IMG/VR virus record: IMGVR_UViG_3300042691_037870
Span: 62,448 to 126,447 of that record
Origin: a virus
Strand: one strand, 5' to 3'
Length of the DNA: 64,000 nt
Shown: positions 29,513 through 39,717 of the stretch, one piece after another
Numbering within the stretch: the stretch's first letter is position 1
Layout: each line of letters opens with the position of its first letter
The notes under the pieces: model-generated
What the model saw: only the letters and a program-made list of their open reading frames with translations
Told to the model about the DNA's origin: nothing
The model's database searches: none
Made by a program: the position numbers and the translations under genes

Positions 29513-29839
29513 TTAGTTACCTGTCTTGGTTTGATAGATCTTATTTGCGTAAAGGCTAAAGATCATATTACCAACTTGCTTATCATAAAGCGTGTAAGTA
29601 CCTCTTTGACGATTAATAATCATCAATTCACCACGTTCATTAATTGCAACTGATGTTTGCTCTGGAGTTTTGCTTTCCTGCATACTCAAGTTTCGTGTGT
29701 GCGTTTGATAATTATGATAGATTTCTCCACCAATAAAACCAACAGCAATTGATACTATAATGATTGTTGCACGCCCAATACTTTTAAGAGTTGTTGAAAT
29801 TTTCTCCCAATTAGGTTTAAGATTCATTTTTGTAATCAT
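29513..29839 (-). CDS. Single-pass membrane protein
   Basis: Hydrophobic ATIIIVSIAVGFIGG segment; next to the SLT gene. Confidence 0.65.
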   Translation of the reverse strand: MITKMNLKPNWEKISTTLKSIGRATIIIVSIAVGFIGGEIYHNYQTHTRNLSMQESKTPEQTSVAINERGELMIINRQRGTYTLYDKQVGNMIFSLYANKIYQTKTGN

Positions 29840-29855
29840 AACTAAAAAATTTAGG

Positions 29856-30194
29856 TTAAACTAGATTTGCTTGTGTTCTTACAAGATGACCTAATTGTTG
29901 GTCATTTGGTAAATCAATAATATCTTGACGATATGTAAGAACACTATGAGGAACTTCCTCGGTTGTAATATCAAAACCAAATTTTTCAAGAATCTGATTT
30001 GTGTCAAGATATAAGTAGTCTGTTTGCTCCATATCACCCCACTCAATAATCACATGATATGTTGCAGGGGATACTTGCCAACCTGTCTTAATGAAATATA
30101 CACAGATAGGTTCATCATTGAGGTCATAAAGAGTTCTTGCTCTTACACCTCTGCCTTCTTTAAAGGCATAAGGAATTGTTTTATTTGCTTCCAT
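29856..30194 (-). CDS. Hypothetical protein
   Basis: Probable start MEANK at 30194. Confidence 0.65.
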   Translation of the reverse strand: MEANKTIPYAFKEGRGVRARTLYDLNDEPICVYFIKTGWQVSPATYHVIIEWGDMEQTDYLYLDTNQILEKFGFDITTEEVPHSVLTYRQDIIDLPNDQQLGHLVRTQANLV

Positions 30195-30531
30195 GTTCAA
30201 ATTTTACAATATTAGGGTACATACTCAAGAAACCGCTACGATATCCGATAGTATGAAATGTATAAGTAGAATCTTTTTGGATTTGACCGTACCAATCGCT
30301 GGAGTTAAAATTTCCGTAGAAAAGGTCATCCTCAAGTTTAAAAGTTCCTTTATCTGTAAAGATTAAGTAATATGAATTTACAGTTTTTCCTGATTGATCT
30401 GTAATTCTTTCTTTATCCGTTACTTTTGCGATAAAAGTTTGCTTATTTTGTCTACCTGTACAAGTATATACAAGTCCACCAAAAAATAAGATCACAAAGA
30501 TACCAATAAAAATACTTGATGCGTTTCTCAT
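30181..30531 (-). CDS. Membrane-anchored/secreted OB-fold-like protein
   Basis: Probable start MRNASS; TM segment; VTDKER...YLIFTD..F.LED...G.R..FLS.YPNI phage family pattern. Confidence 0.65.
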   Translation of the reverse strand: MRNASSIFIGIFVILFFGGLVYTCTGRQNKQTFIAKVTDKERITDQSGKTVNSYYLIFTDKGTFKLEDDLFYGNFNSSDWYGQIQKDSTYTFHTIGYRSGFLSMYPNIVKFEHGSK

Positions 30532-30535
30532 ATGT

Positions 30536-30757
30536 TTAAGAATTAGAATTAGACGATTTTGAACCTGATGGTAAAATAAACCAAGCAAGCATCATTAGCC
30601 CTACCGCTTGTAAGAAGTTAATTTCTGGTAGTTTAAAGATCACGGGCATTAGCCAGTTCCATAACCACATAGTTGGTAATCCTAAGATAAGAATTAGTAA
30701 AAAGGCAACACCTGATGCAAGAAAAATTGCCATTACGGCTTTCATTAAAGTTTCCAT
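30536..30757 (-). CDS. Small membrane protein
   Basis: Two hydrophobic helices, WLWNWLMP..F.LPEI motif. Confidence 0.7.
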   Translation of the reverse strand: METLMKAVMAIFLASGVAFLLILILGLPTMWLWNWLMPVIFKLPEINFLQAVGLMMLAWFILPSGSKSSNSNS

Positions 30758-30778
30758 ATTTGTTTTAATTTGATAGAA

Positions 30779-30833
30779 TAAAATTAAACTAAAAAAATAA
30801 CATAAGCAAATAATTACCTAATAAGTTATTAAC
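30779..30833 (-). promoter_or_regulatory. Class I promoter
   Basis: GTTAATAAC box, TTTG-N20-TAATTTTA. Confidence 0.8.
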
Positions 30834-30836
30834 AAA

Positions 30837-31328
30837 TTAGATAATCATTCCTTTATATTGCTTATGATACCAATCTAACCAAGAAGGCGTGTTTTTATCC
30901 AAAGCTTTGAAAGTTTTCCAGTAATGAAAGAATTTCTTTTCAGAACCTTCTTCGTATTTCTTAATTAAAGCATCTTCTTCCGCCATAATTGTTTTTTCTT
31001 TTTCAATTACATTGGCAAGTTCAAGTATTTTTTCTTCTAAGTCTTTAAACTTCCTAACAGCGTCAGTAGTGTCAATACCACTAACAGCAAGATCAACAAT
31101 AAGATCACGCACTTTTGTTCGTTGAGCAATTAAATCATTAATCTCAGGTATGATTTTATTATGACGTTCTTTTGCCGCTTCACGAGTTCTTTTAAATCTG
31201 TCATATCTTTCTTGAAGTTCTTTATCATTCAAGTCAGACTGAAATTCAGCATAGATTAATTCATAAGCACTAAGTTCTGGCTTAGGCGTTTTCTTTCTTG
31301 TTGCTTTAGGTTTTAGTTCTTTTTCCAT
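30837..31328 (-). CDS. Coiled-coil hypothetical protein
   Basis: 163 aa, heptad-rich. Confidence 0.7.
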   Translation of the reverse strand: MEKELKPKATRKKTPKPELSAYELIYAEFQSDLNDKELQERYDRFKRTREAAKERHNKIIPEINDLIAQRTKVRDLIVDLAVSGIDTTDAVRKFKDLEEKILELANVIEKEKTIMAEEDALIKKYEEGSEKKFFHYWKTFKALDKNTPSWLDWYHKQYKGMII

Positions 31329-31696
31329 TAAGATAAATGTTTAGATGCATTATTTAATAAGCCTGTGATATTTGCAGCACCTACTGGGTTTGCACTTTGG
31401 ATTCTAAATGCAGGAATCTGTTTGTGATTGTCCATACAATACTCTACCAACCACTGTGCACAGGTAAAACCTGTCTTTTCTTTGTAAGTACTTTTATAAC
31501 AATGAATGTCAGACAAATCGTGATCAAAGCAGATTAAATCGGGTAACCCATTTTCTGTGATCCATTCAACAAATTGATTATAACTTTTTACCCAATGTAC
31601 TTCACCTTCTCCGTAAGCAAACTCAGGAGCATAGCGCATTAACCAATCAGCTATGTATGGATTACGAATATCGTCTAACCAAAGTAATCTTTTCAT
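31328..31696 (-). CDS. Cyclic-phosphate-processing receiver domain protein
   Basis: LWLDDIR, ICFDHDL, KTG and SANPVG motifs. Confidence 0.8.
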   Translation of the reverse strand: MKRLLWLDDIRNPYIADWLMRYAPEFAYGEGEVHWVKSYNQFVEWITENGLPDLICFDHDLSDIHCYKSTYKEKTGFTCAQWLVEYCMDNHKQIPAFRIQSANPVGAANITGLLNNASKHLS

Positions 31697-31715
31697 ATTA
31701 TTTGTATTTAAAGTA

Positions 31716-31770
31716 TAAAATTAAACTAAAAATCCTACAAATAAAAATTTGTAGGACTAAAGTTATTAAC
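31716..31770 (-). promoter_or_regulatory. Class I promoter with embedded terminator hairpin
   Basis: GTTAATAAC box, TAATTTTA, TCCTACAAAT/ATTTGTAGGA hairpin. Confidence 0.8.
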
Positions 31771-32257
31771 AATTTTTACTTTTCAAATCTTTTCGTAGTA
31801 TTGACATTATAATTGAATCAACCCAAACACCATTTTTATAAACTTCTTGTCTTTTAATACCTTCTTGAATAAACCCAAGTTTATCATATAAACCTATAGC
31901 TATATGATTAGTATGTAAAACTTCTAAAGAAACCTTATGTAAATCATATTTTTGAAATAGAAAAGGCAAAAAAGCTTTATATGCTTGATAACCGTATCCT
32001 TTACCTGTATAGTCAGGATGTATATCAGCTCCTATATAAATATTACGATTTTCTACAGAATGATTAGATAGCCTAAAATATCCTATCGGTTTATCATCAA
32101 CCAAAATCATATAAAAGTCTGGTTTATTTTGTACAAACCAAACTTGGGTTTCGCTTAATGTAAAAGTTCTTGAGTCGTGTAAGAATTCTTTTGCATATTG
32201 ATTTCTTACCTCATTTAAGAATGGCAAATCATCAAGAATTAAATTTCTAAATTTCAT
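31766..32257 (-). CDS. GNAT N-acetyltransferase (PseH/RimJ-like)
   Basis: YTGKGYG acetyl-CoA loop and N..AI.LY.KLGF..EG motif; coupled to the aminotransferase. Confidence 0.85.
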   Translation of the reverse strand: MKFRNLILDDLPFLNEVRNQYAKEFLHDSRTFTLSETQVWFVQNKPDFYMILVDDKPIGYFRLSNHSVENRNIYIGADIHPDYTGKGYGYQAYKAFLPFLFQKYDLHKVSLEVLHTNHIAIGLYDKLGFIQEGIKRQEVYKNGVWVDSIIMSILRKDLKSKNC

Positions 32258-33444
32258 TACCAGCCTTTCTTAATACATTCTACAATATATTCACGGTCTT
32301 CATCAGTCACCCACCATCCAACAGGAATAGAAACCACTTTACCAATAGTTTTCTCAAGTGTTGGTAAATTAGAAACAAATTCTTTTACACACGTATGTTT
32401 GTCATTTCTTTCATGAACTTGTGAAACTGAAATTTTGCATTCTTTCATCCACTTATAAAACCCATCACGATTTTCAACTAACATACTATAAATCCAAAAA
32501 GCTGAATCGTGGTTTGGGTTTCTTTCAAGAAGAGTAACTCCTTTAACATTTTTTAGGTGTTCATCATAATACTTAGCGTTTTCACGATGTCTGCTAATAA
32601 TCTTTTCAGCATCTTTTAAATTTTCAATACCTACTGTTGCACATACATCATTCATATGAAACTTAAATCCCCACTCGTCAATGTTTGCTTCACAACGAAA
32701 ATCCTTACGGTTAGAATCACGATCAATACCATACCATCTTGTAAGTTTTGCACGATTATACAATTCTTGGTGTGGCAATATGAGTAAACCGCCATCAATC
32801 GATGTAATGTGTTTAATTGCTTGTAATGAATACATTACAATGTTTCCGTGATTTCCTAATTTTTTTCCTTTATATTCTGAACCAAACGAATGTGCTCCAT
32901 CTTCAATGATTACTGGCTTAAACCCATAAAGTTTTTGTGACTTTTGTTGAATTTCTTTTAATCTATCAAGATCTAAAGGATACCCACCCCAATGAACAGC
33001 AATAATTGCTTTTGTTTTAGGTGTGATTTTTCTTTCAAGATCATCAAGATCCATATTAAGAGTTTTTTCATCAATATCAACCCACTTAATCTTTAAACCG
33101 TTTGCAAGAATTGGCCAGTTTGAAGCTGTGCATGTAAGTGGTGTTGCTAGGATTTCGTCACCTTCATGTAATCCTGTCCAACCACCTTCAAATATACTAT
33201 ACCCATCAGCCGCGGTTACCTTTGAAGACTTTTTTAATAAATGTAATGCTAAATGTAATCCTGAGGTTCCACTATTTAAAGTAACAATTCGGTCATTATC
33301 AAAATATGTTTTTAGGTCTTTTTCAAAATCTTCAACTTTTGGACCTTGCCCGATATAACCGCTATTTAAAACTTTTGTAACTGCAGGTGCAGCGTTTTCT
33401 GACATATAAACTTTAAACAGTGGAATTTCATGTGTTCTTTTCAT
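32257..33444 (-). CDS. DegT/DnrJ/EryC1/StrS sugar aminotransferase
   Basis: NSGTSGLHLAL, VHWGG, IEDGAHS and SLQAIKHITSIDGG (PLP lysine). Confidence 0.92.
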   Translation of the reverse strand: MKRTHEIPLFKVYMSENAAPAVTKVLNSGYIGQGPKVEDFEKDLKTYFDNDRIVTLNSGTSGLHLALHLLKKSSKVTAADGYSIFEGGWTGLHEGDEILATPLTCTASNWPILANGLKIKWVDIDEKTLNMDLDDLERKITPKTKAIIAVHWGGYPLDLDRLKEIQQKSQKLYGFKPVIIEDGAHSFGSEYKGKKLGNHGNIVMYSLQAIKHITSIDGGLLILPHQELYNRAKLTRWYGIDRDSNRKDFRCEANIDEWGFKFHMNDVCATVGIENLKDAEKIISRHRENAKYYDEHLKNVKGVTLLERNPNHDSAFWIYSMLVENRDGFYKWMKECKISVSQVHERNDKHTCVKEFVSNLPTLEKTIGKVVSIPVGWWVTDEDREYIVECIKKGW

Positions 33445-33458
33445 AAGATACTTTTAAT

Positions 33459-33484
33459 TTATATTCTTATTTTTTATTATAGTT
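33459..33484 (-). promoter_or_regulatory. Class II promoter
   Basis: AACT-N17-TATAA. Confidence 0.65.
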
Positions 33485-33487
33485 TTA

Positions 33488-34165
33488 TTAGCTATCTTCC
33501 CAAACTCCTGACGTTGAAACAAAAAGTGAAACCCCTGATATTGTATTAGGTTCTAATCCTTCAAGTGGCACAACATTATATTGATAAAACCCGTGTTCAA
33601 TATCTATAATTGATTCGTCTTTATTGTAATCTTCATATAACTTTTTTAGTTGTGTATAAAAATGATTGAAATGCTTAATTGGTATTTTCCAATATCTTCC
33701 TGAACATGCGCCTTTTCCGCTCCAAACTAAATGTGAAAAATTCATAACACAGATATCTTCAGATGTAAAAATAAACTTATCATTTAATAAAATTCTACCT
33801 CCTGCTTTACTAATACTTAATAAGCTATCCTTTATTTGAAAAAATTCATTTGTAGAAAAATACTCTAAAAATAATGTCATTTCACCGTAAGATTTGCTGC
33901 GGTTGTGATTTGGTAATCTTTTACCATTTTCTACTAAATCATAATTAAAAACTTCATTAGCGCCTGCATTAAGCATACAATTTTTATCTTCTTGATTATA
34001 AGTACCACCTTCTAATACAACTATGTAATAATTTGGAATCTTAGAAACACAAGACTTAATTGTATTAAGTAATTGATTAAGTCTTTCTTGTTCAGACATA
34101 TGAAATGATAACACAGGGTTTCTAATAACCGAAGGTATTAAGATAAGATTAAATTGATTTTTCAT
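33488..34165 (-). CDS. Hypothetical glycosyltransferase-like protein
   Basis: ER..Q...TI.S, KSYGE, K..GR and DIEH motifs; glycan island context. Confidence 0.5.
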   Translation of the reverse strand: MKNQFNLILIPSVIRNPVLSFHMSEQERLNQLLNTIKSCVSKIPNYYIVVLEGGTYNQEDKNCMLNAGANEVFNYDLVENGKRLPNHNRSKSYGEMTLFLEYFSTNEFFQIKDSLLSISKAGGRILLNDKFIFTSEDICVMNFSHLVWSGKGACSGRYWKIPIKHFNHFYTQLKKLYEDYNKDESIIDIEHGFYQYNVVPLEGLEPNTISGVSLFVSTSGVWEDS

Positions 34166-34169
34166 ATGC

Positions 34170-34730
34170 TTATTTTTTTATTAGAATACCTAATCCATAA
34201 CTACCTTCATAATTATAAAATTCAAGATTATAGTTTTTAGCTAAATCTTTACAAGCTTGTAACACTTCAGGAAAAGACATAGTATCATGAAATACTATAA
34301 CATCAGCATGATTAACACACCATTCACCACATGCATAAGTATCTTCATACGTATGAACAATATCAACATGTGCAAAGTCATAATAATTAGTATGTTTTTT
34401 ACAAAAGTCTTGATACTTAGTTTGTACAAGATTAATGTTAGGGTATGAGGAAAGATAATTAAGAGTTTCTCTATATATGTCACCTTTAAATCCTGCATGT
34501 ATATCACCCGTAAAGGTGTCAACTCCAGTAACGTTGGTAAAAATATTTGCAAGTGCTGATGTAGAATAACCGTACTCAACACCAAATTCTATAGCACTAT
34601 TTGTCTTTATGTTAAACTTTTTAATTAAACCTGGTAAAATTGAAGGTATGTCACCCCAAGCACTAGGTTTTTGAGTTGCTAATCTTAAACTAAAATCTTT
34701 ATATTCTGGGATGTATTTAATTGGATTCAT
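34170..34730 (-). CDS. Class I SAM methyltransferase (Methyltransf_24-like)
   Basis: IEFGVEYGYST, GVDTF, HVD..HTYE and FHD motifs. Confidence 0.85.
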   Translation of the reverse strand: MNPIKYIPEYKDFSLRLATQKPSAWGDIPSILPGLIKKFNIKTNSAIEFGVEYGYSTSALANIFTNVTGVDTFTGDIHAGFKGDIYRETLNYLSSYPNINLVQTKYQDFCKKHTNYYDFAHVDIVHTYEDTYACGEWCVNHADVIVFHDTMSFPEVLQACKDLAKNYNLEFYNYEGSYGLGILIKK

Positions 34731-35403
34731 TTTGTATGTATTTATTTATTGTAGATTCTATAACGTATGGAGCTTCATTACCACATTCAAAAGTGGACCC
34801 TAATTTAGGTGAATTACCAGATCCTATCCAAAATTCAACTAAAAATCTATTAGAGGTTTCTTTAAGCCAATCATCTTTAAGAGTTTTTAAATACTTATCA
34901 GTTGCCCAAAAGTAAGTTCCACTAAAATGTGGAAAGTATCCTAAATGTGTATGATATCTTAAATTAGGACCTACTGCATCATAACCATCTTGAAGCATTT
35001 TAATGTTTTTTTCCCATTCATATATAGTTACATAGTCTGAACTATGTCTCCAAAGTTCAACATAATAGTTTCTATTTGAAATTCCTTTTGTATGAATATA
35101 GCAATAGTATCCAGGAATTTCATCAGCCATTTGTTTTAAATGAAGCATTGTGATTTTTTCTTCACGCCAGTCAGATGGGTATTGCGAACGATTAACATTA
35201 ATAACTATTGGGTTAATCTTTTTATAGTCTTTTATAAGTTCAAGAACCCAATCAATTCTATCTTGAGCGGGAGAAGCAATTCTCATTTCAATACTATCAC
35301 AGTTTTTATATAATCCTGAAGTAAAGATTTTTGTTAATTGCTCTTGAATAACCAAGCGATAAGGCTCATCTAAATAAGCATGATAAAAAACTATTTTTTT
35401 CAT
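34717..35403 (-). CDS. Putative glycosyltransferase
   Basis: YIHTKG, WR, HFSGTYFW and EFWIG motifs typical of viral GT-like proteins. Confidence 0.6.
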   Translation of the reverse strand: MKKIVFYHAYLDEPYRLVIQEQLTKIFTSGLYKNCDSIEMRIASPAQDRIDWVLELIKDYKKINPIVINVNRSQYPSDWREEKITMLHLKQMADEIPGYYCYIHTKGISNRNYYVELWRHSSDYVTIYEWEKNIKMLQDGYDAVGPNLRYHTHLGYFPHFSGTYFWATDKYLKTLKDDWLKETSNRFLVEFWIGSGNSPKLGSTFECGNEAPYVIESTINKYIQNESN

Positions 35404-36140
35404 TATCTATAATTTTCGTTTTTCTTATAATACTTTTTGAAGTTATGAATAATTGGGTAAGATGCAGTTTCATCACCATTTTCAATAATAGGTAATTCTG
35501 TTGATATTTTTGCATTTTCAGCATACATAAGTACACATATAATTGAATCATTCCATCCCCAACCGCCAATACCGTGTTTCATAGAATCTTCATAGATTCT
35601 TTCATAATTTTCTGTAAAAGAATCTATATGATTTTCGTATGCCTGAATAAACTTTTGACGATTTATGATACTACCACCGCCTGCAGAATACCAAGGATAA
35701 CTTATATCTCCACCCCGTTCTTTTATCCATTTAATACCTGCCAAACAAATTGCATTTTTTATATTAGGTATCATAATAAGATCAACAGCAGGAAACTTAA
35801 AACGTTCTTTTATAAGAACATCTTCTTCCATTAGCATAACCCAATTATTAGTTATTAACTTACAAGCTTCGTAAACTCTATCCAACCAAAGTTTAGCTTC
35901 GTTAACAGTCCAACCATATCTGTTACCTTCTAATGATTTATGACAAGGGCCGTGTGATTGATTACCGTGTATGTATTGTATAGCATTGTGTTTAACAGCA
36001 ATACTTTTCATATCAGAACCATTATCAGAAGAAAGAACCAAATCACTATCAGGGTACGATTCTCTTAATTTACCTAAAACATAATCAATACTTTCTGTGT
36101 TAGCGTAACCCCAAAGATAAAATCCTAATTGTGATTTCAT
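35403..36140 (-). CDS. Putative GT-A glycosyltransferase
   Basis: SDNGSD, LMEEDV (DxD-like) and GGGS motifs. Confidence 0.65.
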   Translation of the reverse strand: MKSQLGFYLWGYANTESIDYVLGKLRESYPDSDLVLSSDNGSDMKSIAVKHNAIQYIHGNQSHGPCHKSLEGNRYGWTVNEAKLWLDRVYEACKLITNNWVMLMEEDVLIKERFKFPAVDLIMIPNIKNAICLAGIKWIKERGGDISYPWYSAGGGSIINRQKFIQAYENHIDSFTENYERIYEDSMKHGIGGWGWNDSIICVLMYAENAKISTELPIIENGDETASYPIIHNFKKYYKKNENYR

Positions 36141-36781
36141 ATTTTTGCTTTTTCAAAATAACCACCTATATCAAATGGAGTTTTCATATTAATTGAGCCT
36201 TCCGTATTTGCTATAAATTTTTCAGGTTCTACTAACCTAAAATCAATTGATAAACGAGAATCCGGGGTTTCATTAATTTGATTACCGTGCGTTAAATTTG
36301 CCCCACTAAATACTAAGATTTCTCCGTATTTTACAGAGTATGGAGAGTAATCTCCTTTATCTTCTTTACTTTCACACCAGATTGTATTAGTATCATAAGT
36401 ATCTGTAAAAGGTAACCAAAAATTTACTTCAGATACTCCATGATTATAGTTACGATCTTTATGCCATTCACCTACTCCTAAATTATTTACCAAGTGAACT
36501 CTAAAAGTGGGTATTTTTTGATAAATTAATTCATCATAATTAAAAGAATTTGCAAGATGATGTATAAATTTTAAATAAAGAGGATAAAATTCTTTTTGAA
36601 AATTTTCGTAGTAAAGTTTATGCCACTTTGTGTACTGATCATTTTCACGAACTAAAAGATCAATTTTTTCTAATTCATGAATTTTTTCTAAATCTTTAAC
36701 ACCTAATATTTGTTGAATTACTTCACGAAAAGGAAATTCATTGGTGTCATATTTAATTTTATAAGGTAAGTTTAAGTACAT
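36137..36781 (-). CDS. StrG-like Fe(II)/2OG-type dioxygenase
   Basis: YQKIPTFRVH, WHKD, NFWLP, LTHGN and R.SIDFR motifs; probable start MYLNL at 36781. Confidence 0.75.
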   Translation of the reverse strand: MYLNLPYKIKYDTNEFPFREVIQQILGVKDLEKIHELEKIDLLVRENDQYTKWHKLYYENFQKEFYPLYLKFIHHLANSFNYDELIYQKIPTFRVHLVNNLGVGEWHKDRNYNHGVSEVNFWLPFTDTYDTNTIWCESKEDKGDYSPYSVKYGEILVFSGANLTHGNQINETPDSRLSIDFRLVEPEKFIANTEGSINMKTPFDIGGYFEKAKI

Positions 36782-36792
36782 ATTTTTGTTTT

Positions 36793-37698
36793 TTAAGAAA
36801 CGTATTGAACACCAGAATATTTTTGTAAAAGAATTTCTTTCCAAGGTTGATATCTATCATACTGATGAACTATTGCAAAAGGTTTTCCATTATCAGCATA
36901 AATTTTGCCGTCTTTCATTTGTGGTACTTTACATTTCATTGCTTCCACAAAAGTTTTATTCTTGCGATTTCTTTCAAAAGAATTATAAGCTGATCTTGAA
37001 GCGGTTGACCATTCAGGCTGGTTTTCAGGTATTGCTTTTAAAGTACCTAAATTTGCGCACCAGTTTTGAGATGCTGGAACAATCTTAGTAATTTCTGAAT
37101 AGATTTCATAGATTGCAATGTTATAAAAAATTTGGTCTATAAATGCATGTGGGTCATTTGAAAAGAAAGCTAATTCGTAGACAGTTTTAAATAGCTGAAT
37201 AATAGGTTCACGTCTACCAGCAATAATTCCAGAGCAAAGAGTTTCATAGTCAGCAAATTTTAAGAAACGTGTTTTTCCAAAATGAGCTTCTAAATTATCA
37301 CCATTCCAATCTTCGTGTCGAAAACATATTCCTTCGCTGGTTGCCATTAATCCATAATCCTCAATGTTATGTTTAAACCAAACACCAGGATCAGATTGAA
37401 AAACTACATCACGAATATCTGTTGTGATAATTCCTTCAACATCTTTTGCAAATTCCGAGTTTAAAATTTCTACATAATCCATGAATCTTTGTGTTGCCAT
37501 ATTAGTTTCACCATTTAGGCGCCCTATCATAACAAAGATATCATTTTCTTTAAGGTAATTTAATAGACTTTCTTCTTGTGGGTTATAAACAAGAACAAAA
37601 ACCTTTCCACCAAATTTGGTTCTTTTTAAACTTTCAACCCAGGGTTTAACTTGTTCAATATTATAGCCGTATGCTGATGCAATAATTGCTAAATTCAT
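36793..37698 (-). CDS. Putative GT-A glycosyltransferase
   Basis: RF, TDIRDVVFQSDP, CSG, DQ..YN and HQYDR motifs. Confidence 0.75.
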   Translation of the reverse strand: MNLAIIASAYGYNIEQVKPWVESLKRTKFGGKVFVLVYNPQEESLLNYLKENDIFVMIGRLNGETNMATQRFMDYVEILNSEFAKDVEGIITTDIRDVVFQSDPGVWFKHNIEDYGLMATSEGICFRHEDWNGDNLEAHFGKTRFLKFADYETLCSGIIAGRREPIIQLFKTVYELAFFSNDPHAFIDQIFYNIAIYEIYSEITKIVPASQNWCANLGTLKAIPENQPEWSTASRSAYNSFERNRKNKTFVEAMKCKVPQMKDGKIYADNGKPFAIVHQYDRYQPWKEILLQKYSGVQYVS

Positions 37699-38846
37699 AT
37701 TTGATTGCGTTTTTCGTTAATAAATTCTTCAAGAGCTGTTTCTGAAAAGTGGCCTAATGATTTTCTTGCGTACCAAATATTTTTCTTAATTCTTGGAATC
37801 TCAGATTGAGGTAAATCTGGATGTTGAAGCAATCTTAAACCAGACTGTAAAGACTCGTCATATTGTCCTACCCAATAAGAAGAAACATTAAATTCGTCAA
37901 GAGCGGAAAAACCGTGAGCGGCTTTTGTAATAAAAAGAACATCATGAATTGGCCACGGCATTGTTGCAGCAATTTTTGATAACTGATATGCATGATGCCA
38001 CATTTCTTTTTCTCTTGCGTATCTTGCAAGAGCCCACACAGGTTCAGCTCTCCAAGGGCGAAGCATCCAAGCATTAAACATAACAGGATAAAAGTCTTCC
38101 CATTTATCATTTCGGTTAATCATACAATATCCTACCATGTAAAGGGCAAACCATCTTTCTTCTTCCCAATCACCAGCGTCAACTCTTTTTTGGTACCATT
38201 CAATAGCCTTATCATATTGCCCAATATCACGGTACGATTGTGCAAGATAAAACATATAGCGAGAATTATTAGGTTCATCAATTAATCCTTGTTCTAAAAG
38301 ACGAATATCACGTTCAAATTTATCACCTTTTGATCCACCATCAGAAACATCGTTAAACCAAAGGCTGTCTAATTTATCACGAAGTTTAACGCCTCCGGTA
38401 CAATCATAATATTCATGCGTAACACCTATACATTTCCATTCACGCTTTGTGTTAAGTAAACGCATGTTATTATAAACTGTTCCAGCGTTATCTTGAACTA
38501 AATCGTAAACGTCAAAATTAGGATTTAGCTGATTTTTATCAAACCCATTATTTATGAGTATCATATCAGCATCAATAAGAAGAATCCATTCTCCCCATTC
38601 TCTTCCTAACTGTAATGCTTCATTACGATTATGTCCAAAGTTAATCCACGGTTTTTCATGTAGGATACCTGGTTTATCTTTAAGAACTTCTTTAATAATA
38701 TCTTGAGTGCCATCTGTTGAACCAGTGTCAACAATACACCAACTGTCTATGATATCAATTACAGAATCCAAACATCTTTTAATGATCTTGGACTCGTTCT
38801 TAACGATCATATTAAGACATATTCTGGGAGTTTTTATTTTTGACAT
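37695..38846 (-). CDS. GT2 glycosyltransferase with TPR repeats
   Basis: MIVKNE, VDTGSTDGT, NFGHNRN, IDAD and HE motifs, then FYLAQSYRD TPR. Confidence 0.9.
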   Translation of the reverse strand: MSKIKTPRICLNMIVKNESKIIKRCLDSVIDIIDSWCIVDTGSTDGTQDIIKEVLKDKPGILHEKPWINFGHNRNEALQLGREWGEWILLIDADMILINNGFDKNQLNPNFDVYDLVQDNAGTVYNNMRLLNTKREWKCIGVTHEYYDCTGGVKLRDKLDSLWFNDVSDGGSKGDKFERDIRLLEQGLIDEPNNSRYMFYLAQSYRDIGQYDKAIEWYQKRVDAGDWEEERWFALYMVGYCMINRNDKWEDFYPVMFNAWMLRPWRAEPVWALARYAREKEMWHHAYQLSKIAATMPWPIHDVLFITKAAHGFSALDEFNVSSYWVGQYDESLQSGLRLLQHPDLPQSEIPRIKKNIWYARKSLGHFSETALEEFINEKRNQI

Positions 38847-38869
38847 ATATTCTATTATCGGAATTGATA

Positions 38870-39232
38870 TTATGAATTAGTAGTCGTTGTAGTATCAGTT
38901 TTTTTCTTACGAGGTTTGTAAGTTCTTTTCTTTTTTGGTTTTTCTTCGGATGCAGAAACAACCTCTTTTGTTAATTCTTTAGATTCTTTATAAACTTTAT
39001 CAGCAGATGTAAGTTCATTATGAATAAATGTTGAAATTAGTTTACCTTGTTTTCTGTCTACATAAATAGTGCATTCACAAGCAGAATCTGTAAAAAGATC
39101 AAAAAATCTTTCTTTAAAAGACTTTTTCTTAGTGTACATTGTAATCTTAAATTCAGCATCAAATGGATTTTCACTAACATTCTTGATGTTTAAATCACCA
39201 TTTTTTGCTAACACTTTAATACTTGGTTTCAT
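38870..39232 (-). CDS. Hypothetical protein with basic tail
   Basis: 120 aa. Confidence 0.65.
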   Translation of the reverse strand: MKPSIKVLAKNGDLNIKNVSENPFDAEFKITMYTKKKSFKERFFDLFTDSACECTIYVDRKQGKLISTFIHNELTSADKVYKESKELTKEVVSASEEKPKKKRTYKPRKKKTDTTTTTNS

Positions 39233-39247
39233 AGTTAAAAATTTAAT

Positions 39248-39658
39248 TTAGTTAGTTCTTCCCCAAGAATAGTTTATTACTTTTCCGTTTATGTATTCTT
39301 TCCAATACTTTTGCCACGGTCCTGATAATAGAATAGTACAACACCCAGTGCTATTTCCTATTTTATGATAACTATTTCTGGGAAAATATTTAAAAGTTTG
39401 GTTTCTTTTTTCAATTCTATAGTTTCCTGTTTTTTCATCTTCAAGTATGTATTCATCATATTCACCAAATAGTTTAATTGAAATTGCATTAAATGCGTGA
39501 GTATGAAATCTATCTTGCGATGAATTTGATTTGTGAAAGTAAAAGATAATTAAACTAAAAAGGTACTTACACTCAAAGATAACGAATTGTGATACGATTT
39601 GTTTACCAAAAGTAAACTTGTTGTATTTTAAAAACGAAAAGATTTTTGTCTTAAACAT
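39248..39658 (-). CDS. Cupin-fold protein
   Basis: FHTHAF...G.Y.E...YHKI metal-binding pattern. Confidence 0.65.
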   Translation of the reverse strand: MFKTKIFSFLKYNKFTFGKQIVSQFVIFECKYLFSLIIFYFHKSNSSQDRFHTHAFNAISIKLFGEYDEYILEDEKTGNYRIEKRNQTFKYFPRNSYHKIGNSTGCCTILLSGPWQKYWKEYINGKVINYSWGRTN

Positions 39659-39691
39659 AATTCAAAAGTTTTTAAAAAAACAAATCGAAGT

Positions 39692-39717
39692 TTATATACA
39701 CAAATGATATAAAAGTT
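39692..39717 (-). promoter_or_regulatory. Class II promoter
   Basis: AACT-N17-TATAA. Confidence 0.65.
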